Below are positions 25,779-37,288 of a stretch of DNA of 64,000 nt, in pieces; the first letter of the stretch is position 1, and every line of letters starts with the position of its first letter. Source of the stretch: Tubulanus polymorphus (lineage: Eukaryota > Animalia > Nemertea); contig NC_134028.1 in NCBI RefSeq assembly GCF_964204645.1, positions 16,995,653 to 17,059,652 on the forward strand, in the 5' to 3' direction. The notes under the pieces were generated by a model. It did not search any database, was not told the DNA's origin, and saw nothing but the letters and a program-made list of their open reading frames with translations. Made by a program: the position numbers and the translations under genes.

Positions 25779-26213
25779 ATGGAAGATAAAGTTGATAATA
25801 TTGATATTATTCCTCATGATATAAATAAAACAAAATTAAAAACATATTTAGAAAAACAAATATTAGAATTTGAAAGTGACTTAAAGATAAAAAAGAAAAA
25901 AATATTTAAAAAGTAAAATTATATATTATCTTATTATCAGTGGTTCAGTTACAATTAGTTCTGTAATAACATTTCTAGCAATATTCAGTCCATTAACACC
26001 TTTAGCTATATCAATTGGTGTATTAGGATTAAGTTCAAGTGTATTAACTGGTATAAGTTCAAAATTAAATATAAAAAGTAATAAAGAAAAAATTAAAACT
26101 AATATAAAAGAAATTAATAAATTGAAGAATACACTAGATTATATAATAAGTTTAAATGGTCATATAACAGTTGAAGAACAAGATAAATTATTAAAAGAAT
26201 TAATAAATTATTA
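25779..26213 (+). pseudogene. Small two-TM protein, frameshifted in an A-run
   Basis: MEDKVDN start, shift near 25900, then IIYYLIISGSVTISSVITFLAIF...LAISIGVLGLSSSVLTGIS. Confidence 0.5.
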
Positions 26214-26230
26214 ATTTTTTAATTAAATAA

Positions 26231-27618
26231 ATGGTAGATAGTTTTCCAAAAGCTTTCCAATATAATAAAGCAATTAAATATAATATTCCAGCATTAGATT
26301 TTAATAAAGATATTACATATAGAAATGAAGTTTTAGATTCATTAACTAATTTAGAAATTTATGTTACTGAAACTAATAATTTTAATGCAAAGATGGAAAA
26401 TATATTTCATGTATATTTAATTAATATTAAAAAATTGAAAGATGAAAAACAATGGTTATTAAAATCTAATATGAAGTATTGGCAGAACCAATTAAATTTT
26501 GCTGTTTATTGTGCAACAACAGGTTGTGGAATTAGTTGGAATGATTATTTGAATAATTCTAAATATAAATTAATTCAAAGTTTATTTAGATTTCATACAT
26601 ACTTTCAAATCAGAATAATATTAAATGAATTAGAGTGCGCTTTACCAGGATCTAGGTATTTTAAAGAATTAGATAATAATTTTAATTTATCAAAGTTTTA
26701 TAAAATTTGTAATGAATTTAATATAGATATAAATAATTCTGATTTTAGAACAAAAATTGGAACAATAAGATCACTTCCTTGCCCTAAAAAGATTGCAGAA
26801 TATTGTGCACTTCCCATACCATCTAATAGTTTGTATAATATCTATAGTAATAAATTAGGTTATGGTAAAATAGAAACTAAGGATTTAGAAACATTAAATT
26901 TCAATAAATTACCGACATTTTATGATAATTTAAAACAAGAAAACAATAATGGTTGGGTTTATTTCATTTTAGAAAATAATGAAGGTTTTACAAAATCAGG
27001 TATACAAAGAATAAATCAATCTATTAGAACTTATTTGATATGTATTTTAGGTGCGCAAGTTGAAACAAGATCCCCAATAATTGGAAATTTAAACACATCA
27101 TTTGATACACAGAAACAATTCAAAGTATTATTTGAAGATTCAATTCATAATGATAAAAATAGATCGATTCCAGAAAACATTGTAAGATATCAAAATTATT
27201 TAGATAAATCTCATCTAAGACTAAATTATTGTATAGGCCCTAATCTATTTATTATTTCTAATAATTTAGTATTAAAGATGGGAAACATAATTGGTTATAA
27301 TAATCTAATTAAAACTGCAACAATAAATAATTCATTTGGATTAAATGATATAAATTAAAAGATTATTACTGCTCCAAAATTAATGGAAGGTGAAAAAAAT
27401 TAAAAACACATTCAATCAACAGAAACAAAAACTAATAATATTAAATTAAATAATGATTCTAAAATAAAAGATTACAATACATCAGAAAATATTAAAACTG
27501 ATATTATTCAACATGATATAATGGAACTAAATGATGATAATAAATCCCATGAAAATACTAAATTAGCTTTAACTTGTATAGGAATTGTAATCGGAGGAAT
27601 ATTATATTTTAAATTTTA
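26231..27618 (+). pseudogene. Conserved Maverick protein (YWQNQLNFAVYCATTGCGIS type) with probable C-terminal TM past a disrupted end
   Basis: 375-aa ORF 26231-27358; hydrophobic LALTCIGIVIGGILYF at ~27560-27615. Confidence 0.6.
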
Positions 27619-27634
27619 ATTTTGTATTATGTAA

Positions 27635-29096
27635 ATGGCAGAAGGTGGAGAAGATTATGAAATGGAAGGCATGGGAAATAATATTGAAGGATATATTGAT
27701 GATGATTATAATGATGCAGAATCTAATATTGATGATGGTAATGAATCAGCATATAATTCTAATTTAGCAGATATTGGTTCTAAAGCCCCATCAACAGATG
27801 AATTTGATAGAAGAACTAGGTCGAGAATACCTCCTGAAAATTTAAATCAAGGTTTAGAAAGAGAAAATTTTGAAAATTATGAATGTATGTATGATTTTCA
27901 ACGTGTATTTAAAGATTCTGGATATAGTATAAACAATAGAGGCGCCAGACTTTTAGTACAAGATTTAAAGTTTTTAGATGGTGAATATTATTATAGTTTG
28001 AAAGATAAATCGGATTATTATATTAATATCTCAAATAAAAATCAAGACAAAATAATAGCAAAACCAACTTTGCTTAAGTCTGACTCATTACTATCTAGAA
28101 TTAAGAGAATAAGAAATAGTAATGAAATAGAAGATGTAACACAAGAAAAAATAAATTAAAAAAAAAGAGTTTTTAAAAAAAGAATTAATGAATTATTTGA
28201 AACAATCAAAGATAATCCAGAAACAGAAACAACTTCTGAACAGAATAAAACTTCCAAAACTAGTAAACTTAAATCAAATAAAGTTCCAATTGAAAAACTT
28301 TTACCGAATGGATTAATTGATGCAACAGATCAACAATTAGAAGATTTAAATGATATATTTTCCGATGAAACAATTAGAGAAATTATTAGTATAAGAAATG
28401 AAGCTGATAAAATTGCGCATGATAAAAGTATAAGAGATTAAAAAATTAGAACTTTAGAAGATGAATTATTTAAATCAAGAAAAGAATCGGAACAACTAAA
28501 ATTAGATAGAGATAATAAAGTTATTGAAGAAATCGAATTTAAAAAAAGAAATGCGTATTTAGAAAAAGAAAAAGATGATTTAGAATATAACATAGAATTA
28601 CAAAAAGAAGAAATTAGATTATTATCAAAATCATATGATTATAATATTAATAGATTAAAAGTTATTTTTAAAGATTTGTTGATAAAACCAAATTCTGACA
28701 TATCACTAAAAGATAGAATAAGATTATTATTTAAGTTAGAAGGAATAACAATTCTTTCAATTCTAACAGCTGTAACTATGTTATTTACAACAATTGGTTT
28801 AGCTATATCAAATGCTTTGAAATCTACTCCTACTCCCAATAAACCAGATAAACCCCCGAATGAAAATAATTCTATACAAGATAAAGTTAAAGAAATTAGC
28901 AAAATATTTATGGGAACTATCTAAAAAATCTGCTGCAGCATTACCAGAAATTATTGCATCAATTGTTGGTTTTATATTGAAATCTGCAGGAAACATTATT
29001 AACTTTGCTGCTGAACATATTATTTTATTTTTAATTACAGTTGTAAGTGCAATTATTTTTGGGTTAGTAAATATGATATCAAAAAATATCAAGTAA
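27635..29096 (+). pseudogene. Large acidic/coiled-coil protein with C-terminal TM segments, fragmented
   Basis: MAEGG start, breaks near 28157, 28440 and 28900; GITILSILTAVTMLFTTIGLAI and HIILFLITVVSAIIFGLV hydrophobic segments. Confidence 0.55.
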
Positions 29097-29136
29097 ACAT
29101 GATGAAAAATAAATAATTAATTTTTTTGTTAAATAA

Positions 29137-30384
29137 ATGAGTGGGAGTTATATCAATCCTTCTAAGAATCATAGAATATCTAATGCTATTAAAGCAAAAA
29201 GATCACATCATATAATTACTCATAACCCTTCTAATATTAATCCCGATGAAACTTTATATTTTAGAATTCCGAGATTAACACAAAATACTTTTTATGTTCC
29301 AAATAGTATTTATTTATCAGCCGATATAAAAGTAATCGGTAATAATAATAATTATGTTGTTGATAATGTTGGAAGATATTTGATTAAAAAATTAACTATG
29401 AAGATTGGACCAGAAACAGTTTTCTCATTAGACGATTATAATTTATTTATGCATTATAAAGATTTATGGTTAACTAAAGAAAATAGAAATAATATGATAT
29501 TTCAAGGAATCCAATCAGAAAACCAAAATAAATTAAGATCAGAAGCTAATAGAGCAATATTAACTAATGCTGTAGATAAATTGATAAAAAGTATATATGG
29601 AAGCAAATATAAAATTCCATTAGACTTTGAATTGATAAATAACAATGCGCCTTTATATAAATACGCAATTCAAGAAGACGTTATATTCGAAATAACATTT
29701 GCTCCTGTAAATGAAATTGTAATATCTAGCGTTAATAAAGATATGAGTTATAAATTATCGAATATATGTTTAGAATATGATACAGTAACTGATGAAAATA
29801 TTGCAAGTATAATTCAAACTAAATACAATCAAGGATTTTCATTATTATATGATTATATTGATAAATTTAAAACTGTAACTATAAATGCAAATGATGAAAT
29901 AATTAATGAGAATATTAACTTACCAAGAAGATCTATTAAAGGTATATTAATATTTTTTAACATTGCAGCATATACTAATGGCGCAATAAATGTTGATAAT
30001 TATTATAATCCTGAAATAACAAAAGTAGAAATAACTATCGAAGGAATAGCAAATAAAATATTTTGTCAAGGAATGAGAATGATTGATCAATGGCCAGAAA
30101 TTAGAAAACATTTTATGAATGTAAAGGTAAAATCATCTGAAAATTGTAATATTAATCAAATTGATTATTATACCGGTAATAAATATGCATTATGGTTAGA
30201 TTTTAGAACAACAGAGGATAATTCATTACATGGTTCTGGGAAAAAATTACAAAACACTAAAGATGGAATACAATTATTCATGACAAAGAATAAAGGAATC
30301 AAAAATTTCAAAATGCACATTTATATTATATCTGACGCGCAATTAAATATTGTAAATTCTCAATTAAATAGTGTTATGTATTAA
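29137..30384 (+). CDS. Major capsid protein (double jelly-roll/hexon-like), intact 415 aa
   Basis: HNPSNINPDETLYFRIP, YKLSNICLEYD, NINLPRRSIKGILIFF, YYNPEITKV, YALWLDFRT..LHGSG, YIISDAQLNI; size and position fit a Polinton MCP. Confidence 0.8.
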   Translation: MSGSYINPSKNHRISNAIKAKRSHHIITHNPSNINPDETLYFRIPRLTQNTFYVPNSIYLSADIKVIGNNNNYVVDNVGRYLIKKLTMKIGPETVFSLDDYNLFMHYKDLWLTKENRNNMIFQGIQSENQNKLRSEANRAILTNAVDKLIKSIYGSKYKIPLDFELINNNAPLYKYAIQEDVIFEITFAPVNEIVISSVNKDMSYKLSNICLEYDTVTDENIASIIQTKYNQGFSLLYDYIDKFKTVTINANDEIINENINLPRRSIKGILIFFNIAAYTNGAINVDNYYNPEITKVEITIEGIANKIFCQGMRMIDQWPEIRKHFMNVKVKSSENCNINQIDYYTGNKYALWLDFRTTEDNSLHGSGKKLQNTKDGIQLFMTKNKGIKNFKMHIYIISDAQLNIVNSQLNSVMY

Positions 30385-30416
30385 AATTTTAACTTTAATA
30401 CAAATTTATATAATAA

Positions 30417-31178
30417 ATGGAAGGAGGTAAAGTATATAAACATATTCATATAAACATCGATACACATGAAAATAATGATGGTTTATATTATGTAATACCT
30501 TGTAATATAGCTTTGATATTTGATCCTATTTTCAAAATTTATAAAACTAAACTAATAGAAATCGATAATAATAAAAGTGGTGTTGTTGATAATTTAAGTA
30601 ATGTAATTGATAATAATGTAATACCTTCTACATCTAATAATGTAATACCTTCTACATCTAATACTGTAATACCTTCTACATCTAATAATGTAATACCTTC
30701 TACATCTAATAATGTAATACCCTCTACATCTAATAATGTAATACCTTCTACATCAAATAATGAAATAATATTAAATGTTAGTGAAAATAGAAATTATTGT
30801 GGATATTGTAAAAGTGAATTTTCAAACGCTACATCAAATTGGAATAAACATATGAATACAAGGGTACATATAAATAATGTTATAGAACGTGTTGGTTTAA
30901 AAGAATTTATAGAACACCCATTTAGATATGTTACAAAGTTTGTTTCAAATCAAAAAGTAAATGGTGAAAAAATATATGAAGATTTATTATTAGCAACACC
31001 TAATAAAGATGAATTAGATCTAACCGATGCTAATGAAATATTAGGATCAAACACTGTAAATGAAATATTAGGAGCAAACACTAATAAAGATTCTATGAAA
31101 CATAAAGTAGAAAATAATGATAAATTTGATTGGATGAATAAGCATAACAATGAAACAACTTTTGATGATGCGGTATAA
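30417..31178 (+). CDS. Protein with 8-aa tandem repeats (NNVIPSTS x6) and a C2H2-like finger
   Basis: 24-bp repeats at ~30612-30760; YCGYCKSEF..WNKHMNTRVH. Confidence 0.65.
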   Translation: MEGGKVYKHIHINIDTHENNDGLYYVIPCNIALIFDPIFKIYKTKLIEIDNNKSGVVDNLSNVIDNNVIPSTSNNVIPSTSNTVIPSTSNNVIPSTSNNVIPSTSNNVIPSTSNNEIILNVSENRNYCGYCKSEFSNATSNWNKHMNTRVHINNVIERVGLKEFIEHPFRYVTKFVSNQKVNGEKIYEDLLLATPNKDELDLTDANEILGSNTVNEILGANTNKDSMKHKVENNDKFDWMNKHNNETTFDDAV

Positions 31179-31689
31179 AAGGTGAAAAATAAGTATAGAA
31201 ATAATAGAGAATTTGAAGAAGAAAATTTGGTAGAGAATTTGAATAAATTGTTAGCGAAATAATTGATAGTGAAAGTGATTAAGATATTAATTATATTTAA
31301 CTCAAAAAGTAATAAAGGTTGAAAATTGTATAAAATAATAGTAAATAAAAAAGGGGGTTTTAAGTATTTAAGGTATTTAAGGTATCTAATACATATCTAA
31401 TACATATCTAATACAATCTAATACATAAAATATCTTATTTTATAAACTGATATTCATATGGAAATTGAAACCTCAGTAATAATAAATAACCTTTTTTATT
31501 TTCAAACTTATTCATATATTAGTTGAAAAAATAAAAATAAATTGGTTGAAAATTGTATAAATAATATTCATTTTAAAAAAGGGGGTTTTAAGTATTTAAG
31601 GTATCTAATAGGGTATCAGGTATCAGGGAATATAATAGGGTATCAGGTATTAGGGTATCTAACAGGGTATCTAATACATAGGTATATAA

Positions 31690-32303
31690 ATTTTATTTTA
31701 TAAATTTATATTCATAAGGAAATTGTAATCTCAGTTATAATTTTGAACCTTTATTATTCTTTAATTTATTCATATATTCATCATGTAATTCAGTAGGTAT
31801 AATTTGATTTTCTTCCAATGATTGTTGCATAGATTTTTTATCTTTGTTATAAAATAAACTAGAAATCTTATATTCTCCCTAAAGTCTTTAACAATTGAAT
31901 AATATTTTTGATTTAAAACCCATGTTGTTATCCCAAAATGTCTCCCAGAGAAAGCTAGATAACATAACTCACTTTCTCTAACTTTTGAATCATGTAAATT
32001 TGCGCAATCATCTATAATGAATAATGTATTTGATCCTTTATAAGTATCAATTGCTATTTTAATACAATTATCTAAATTTTCTTTTACTGTTTTAGGATCT
32101 AATATAATAAACTTTTTCATCTTAACTATATCTCTATTATATGTTTTATTCATTTCATAAGTAGGACAAAATAATATTATGTTATCAAAATGATTCTTAT
32201 AAATAGTTTCTAACAAATCTAATATGAAATGTGTTTTACCACAGTTTGTTACACCAGTAACTAACATATTATGCGGTTCGAATATAAATAAATCTTTATT
32301 CAT
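31690..32303 (-). pseudogene. A32/FtsK-type DNA packaging ATPase, frameshifted near the C-terminus
   Basis: Walker A GVTNCGKT, Walker B LFIIDD, GRHFGITTWVLNQ. Confidence 0.88.
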
Positions 32304-33363
32304 TTATTCTTTTAATTTTACTAGATAAAATCCATTCATTAAATTTATCATCGTATCCTTTATATTTCACTAAAGAAATCATTTTTTTCTTAAGAGTTTT
32401 TGTTTTCAATACTTTTTCTATTTTGTATTCTATTTCATCTGGATTTGGTACAAGTGATAATTCTTGTTCATAGAAATAACCTAATATTTCTTCATCTTTT
32501 AGATCTTCTAATTTATAAACAAATGGTTTAGTTAATATTATCTTTTTAATCTTGAATATTTCTTCTGTAAAATTTGGAGTATAACCTTTATAAAAGGTTT
32601 TTCTATATTTAGATATTCTTACGTGTTGTCCATTTTCAAATTTAGGTTCTCCGAAATCATGTGTAACAAACGCTCCGTAAAAATTATTCCAAACTATTTC
32701 TGAATTATCTTCTTTTCTAGCTTGTATAGGTTTCATATTTATAGAACTATGTTTAGAATTATTATAACCTTTCACCAAACACATCGATATATTTATTTGT
32801 TTCATTAGCAGTAAAATATTTCCACATTCTAGTTTTCAATGTTTTATTAAATCTTTCTATAATAGATGCTTTTTTATCTGAGTGTATTGAAAAATAATCT
32901 ACATCGTTATCAGATAATAGTTTTTTAAAATGTTTGTTATAAAATTCCTTACCTTCATCAAATTGTATCTTATCTGGAATAGCTTCTTTAAATATTGATT
33001 TAAAAGCATTTGTTACTTCTATACCAGTTTTATTTTTGATTGGAATTGACCATGCGTATCTACTGAATATGTCTATAACATTTAATATCCAGAAATATCC
33101 TTTGTTGTATTCTTCTAAGTTCTTCATGTCAATTAAATCAGCTTGCCATTGTTGATCGATATATGAAACCATAACTTTTCTTGTTAAATAAGTTTTATCC
33201 ATTTTCTTGTGGATTTGATATGTTGGTTGATTTTGTAACCATGATTTCAATTCGCTATATTTTATATCACCATGTGGGTGCCGTACGGCACCATTTTCAT
33301 TATCAGATTTAATTTTATTCCATAATTCTGAAAATAATCTCTTAAATATTGTTCTTTTTTCAT
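32296..33363 (-). pseudogene. int: Retroviral-like (rve) integrase with C-terminal chromodomain, frameshifted
   Basis: QWQADLID, IDIFSRYAW, IQFDEGKEF, KASIIERFNKTLK, YNNSKHSSINMKP, VRISK, YKIEKVLK..LVKYKGYDDKFNEWI. Confidence 0.9.
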
Positions 33364-33379
33364 CTTATTTTAATCCATT

Positions 33380-34354
33380 AATAATAATTTAGATTTAGTT
33401 TCAATGACTTTATGATTTGACGTATTTTCTGATATAATAGGTTTATTGTCTGTACACGGATAACTAAGTTTCCGATTATCATTGGAATCATCTTTATCAT
33501 CAGATTTGAATTTTGATTTATATATTACACCGGATAATATAATAACTGTTACTAATCCAATTGTAATATATAATTTATAATTACTTCCAGCATTAGAAGA
33601 ATCAGATGGATTGGTATTTGAATCAATATCAGGTGATTCATTTATATCAGTTAATTTCTTTTTCTTAGCTTTTTTTAATTCTGAAGATCTTTTACCTAAT
33701 TCTCTTGCCCATTTAATTTGTTTCTCTGATCTAGCCTTTTTCTTAACTCCATCACTAATTTATTTTAGTTAATTTTTGTTCTGATTCATTTTCTGTTTCG
33801 ACGTTTGGTTGTAGTACATCTGTTTCGTTCTTACCTGATTTATATTCCATAGGCTTGATGTTCGAAAATGTTATGACACCAGTAGAAATTAATGTCATAA
33901 CCGATCCTAATTGAAATGAAGCATAACCAACCCATTTTTGTAATTCAGTCATAACTAAATAGTCATTTTTCAAATCACTATATAATTTATTTTCATCATT
34001 AATTGGTATTAACTGGTTACATAACTTAGAATAACATTTGACAATACCATCTGAAATAGAATCATTTATTCGGACTAATCTTGCTTCTTCATAAATCTTG
34101 AAATATTTTATTACTTTATCGGGTTTCATAGCATCTAATTCTTGAAAAGTTATTATTTTTCCCAAGAAATCCTTAGATTTCCCGCCAGCAATTAGTAATT
34201 CAAGATGATGCTTACAATATAAATAGTATTCATAATCTATATAACAGTTAACTTGAGCACAATTAGTTACAACTGTATCTTTATTATCACTTATACCCAA
34301 AACATCTAATGTCTTTTCAATATCAATACTATTCTTATTAGATTTCTTTGACAT
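33380..34354 (-). CDS. Maverick hypothetical protein(s): 199-aa ORF then, past a stop, a basic region and a TM segment
   Basis: ORF 33755-34354; downstream ARSEKQIKWARELG..YKLYITIGLVTVIILSGVIY. Confidence 0.5.
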
Positions 34355-35352
34355 TTATATTAGAGAAAAAAGCGAAAAAAAATATAAGTATTATAAAATG
34401 ATACCAGCATCTCTTTGGGTTAATACTAGTTAGTTAAAGGTAAAGAATTTTAGTATTAGTTATTGTGTTTTTAGTATTTTTTATTTGCGATATAAAGTAT
34501 TCTCTTTTGAAAAGAATTGTAAAAGAAAATATTAAAAATTAAAATAGAAATAATGGCTAGTTGAAGGTATGTAATTTTTAATATATTTTATTTGAATTCT
34601 ATTTGATATCTCACTACTTTTGTTTATCTATTAGGAGCAGTAATTATAACTGTCCAGATAAGTCATTTCGGATCCTTGGTATCAAATTCCTCAACGTATT
34701 GTTCATTATTTGGATCATTGTTCCATTGATCAATAAATGTCTTTGCCTTTGTTAACTGTTCTAAATATAACTGTAAATCTAGTTTATTAGATTTTATTTT
34801 ATTTTCTTTCTTTTTAAGAGGTCTTAAATGTCAAATTCCAAATAAGTTTTTTATTGTATTCATCATTCCTTTCCATTTATAAATCAAATTTTTAATAAAA
34901 TTTATTAATATTTTAGAATCCTCTTCCATTTCTTCGACTAACGTCATCCTTTTTCATTCCTCGCTGCTTTTGATAAGTCATTTCGGATCCTCGATAATAA
35001 ATCCTCAACTGAAAATCAATTCAACGAAACGACTGGTGGAAATATAATTTCACAAACACATATATTTATTATTTGAATTTTAGCGATCGATAATAGAACA
35101 ATGGAGAACAATAGAAAAGCGGTCCAATCGGACCGGTTATTGCGCAATACTAAGTTAACAGTAAACAATCAATACAGAACAACCGCCGCCATTAACAACG
35201 ATCAATAATAGAACAATGGAGAACAATAGAAAAGCGGTTTAATCGGACCGGTTATTGCGCAATACACAGTTAACAGTAATCAATACAATATTAAAACAGA
35301 TATACACAATCGAGATTACATTTTTGATATCTAAGACCTTCAGTGTTATAAT

Positions 35353-35818
35353 TTATAATTTTGTCCAGAATTCTTTAATTACTGGATTATTTCCAATCAT
35401 TTCTTCAATTTCTGGTAAATATCTGACTACTTCACTAAATGCTAATCCTAATATTTTGAATTTTTTATATTTTATTAATCTACCTACTCTTCTCAGTTTT
35501 CTTTCAAAGCCGGCACTGATATCTCCACTCATTTTCTTAATTTTCGATTCTTTGAGTCCCAACAGCAATTTAAGTCGCGTTGCTGGTAATTTTGGTAATT
35601 GTAGTTCGCGCGGTAATTGTTTATTATGTATTACATCACTCAGAATTTTCACCATTTCTTGATGATAGTCCAAATGTTCTTGTATTTTTGTGAAGTTTGT
35701 TCGTCAATTACGAGAGTTATATCCTCCATCTCTATTGATTCCTGCGTTTCACTATCCATCGTTTCTGGTTCCTCACCCGTTGGTTGGCTTAGAATTGCTG
35801 GTCGATCTCTGTATTCCA
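35353..35818 (-). pseudogene. Maverick hypothetical protein, interrupted
   Basis: MEYRDRPAILSQ start, a stop, then the 106-aa ORF 35353-35673. Confidence 0.4.
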
Positions 35819-36226
35819 TTTTAATCTAAAAGATGTCATGAAAATGAATTACTATACTTAAATATGTTTAAAGGTTTCCCTACTTCATAATATATGTACT
35901 TATATTTAGATTTAGAACTGTAAACTGTGTTTTGAGAGAGAATATCCGATACGTACTATGTGAAAGTTGATTTCTAACTGCCGACGTGGCGCACGTTCGT
36001 CCAAACTAATTACTTCTGCATGTTTGCCTGGATTGTAACAGATGTTCCTTTGTGATGTAATTGATTAATCCTTTTCAACTGAAATAGCACATTCGATCAA
36101 TATTCAAATGAGGTGCGCCCCATTCAACTGAATATGAAATACGGCACAGATGTTTTTCTAAACAACCTAATACAATTACATATAGGCGGTTTGAAATAGA
36201 TCGAGAGTAACCGGTTTTCTAAGCGT

Positions 36227-36867
36227 TTAAGCTTCAACGTATTTTTCATTATGTGTTGAATTCCATAATTCAACAAATGTCTTTGCTTTATCCAGTTGAT
36301 CTAAATATAATTTCATATCTAGTTTGTAAGATTTAATTATATTTTCCTTCTTTTCTAAAGGTCTTAAATTTTTCCAACCCCAAATAAGTTTTATATTGTG
36401 TTAAATTTAGATATTGGTAACACGTGATCAATATGAAAGTATTCACCATAATTATCTATATTCATTTTATCATCGAATTGATATATTATCCATGATTTGA
36501 GAAATTCATCTGAACAACCCAATAAATTAGATAGTGTTTCTGAATGTGTTTCTTTGTTGAATAATTGTGTTAATCTAGTCCTTAAGCATTGTTTCAATCT
36601 AAAATTAAGATCTGTTTGATATCTTTCTCTCATATATTCTGTCATATAATCATTATAAACTCCTCTATTATCTTCTCGGTATTGTTTGGTATATAGTTTA
36701 AAACAAGTTTTACAGCAATATTGAAAACCATCTTTGCTAATCTTACGCTTATTAAATTCTGTTATAGCTAATTTATCTAATTCACATTTAGAACACTTCT
36801 TGTAGTATATGTTTATGACACCAGAGTTATTTGTAATATTGATAGTTTGTGGTTGTTCTGGTTCCAT
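36227..36867 (-). pseudogene. HNH-type endonuclease with N-terminal CxxC...CxxC, frameshifted
   Basis: KKCSKC..DGFQYCCKTC, NYGEYFHIDHVLPISKF, then after a shift WGWKNLRPLEKKENNIKS; this pattern is familiar from large-DNA-virus HNH proteins. Confidence 0.75.
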
Positions 36868-37288
36868 TTATTATACATATTTTTTTACTAAATTGATTTT
36901 AGAAGTTCAATGATTTATATATGTATTATTTCAATCACACTTTACTAACACTTTCAATGTTTAAAAATCTAACTCATACAAATATAAATATTGAAATAAT
37001 GTTGTAAATATATCTATATATCTATTCTATAAGAGCTTACACTTTTATATTGAATAATCTGTCAATTTAAATGTTATTCATGTATATGATTATTTTAAGA
37101 GTAATAGGGGTAATGGGCTTTCAGGTTAAAGGTTGAAGGGGCGAGTGAGTAAAAAATGAAAATAACAATAATTTACAGTTGAATTAGGAGTGTGCGCGAC
37201 TAATTCAACTGTAAATTATTGTTATTTTCATTTTTTTACGAGCTCGACCCTTCGACCTTTGATCTGAAAGCCCATTACCCCTATTACT
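36865..37288 (-). repeat. Right TIR of the Maverick; terminal ~189 bp form a hairpin
   Basis: Reverse complement of the left TIR; 37100-37288 is self-complementary. Confidence 0.9.

Larger units (their letters stand above)
19107..37288 (+). mobile_element. Complete Maverick/Polinton (adintovirus-like endogenous virus), 18.2 kb, 6-bp TSD ATGATT
   Basis: AGTAATAG...CTATTACT termini; ATGATT at 19101-19106 and 37289-37294; ~430-bp TIRs; very AT-rich intronless genes for pPolB, capsids, ATPase and integrase. Confidence 0.95.

Noticed and set aside
19107-37288. Bacterial prophage or contaminant contig
   Set aside because: The rve integrase with chromodomain, 6-bp TSD and eukaryotic flanks identify an integrated Maverick.
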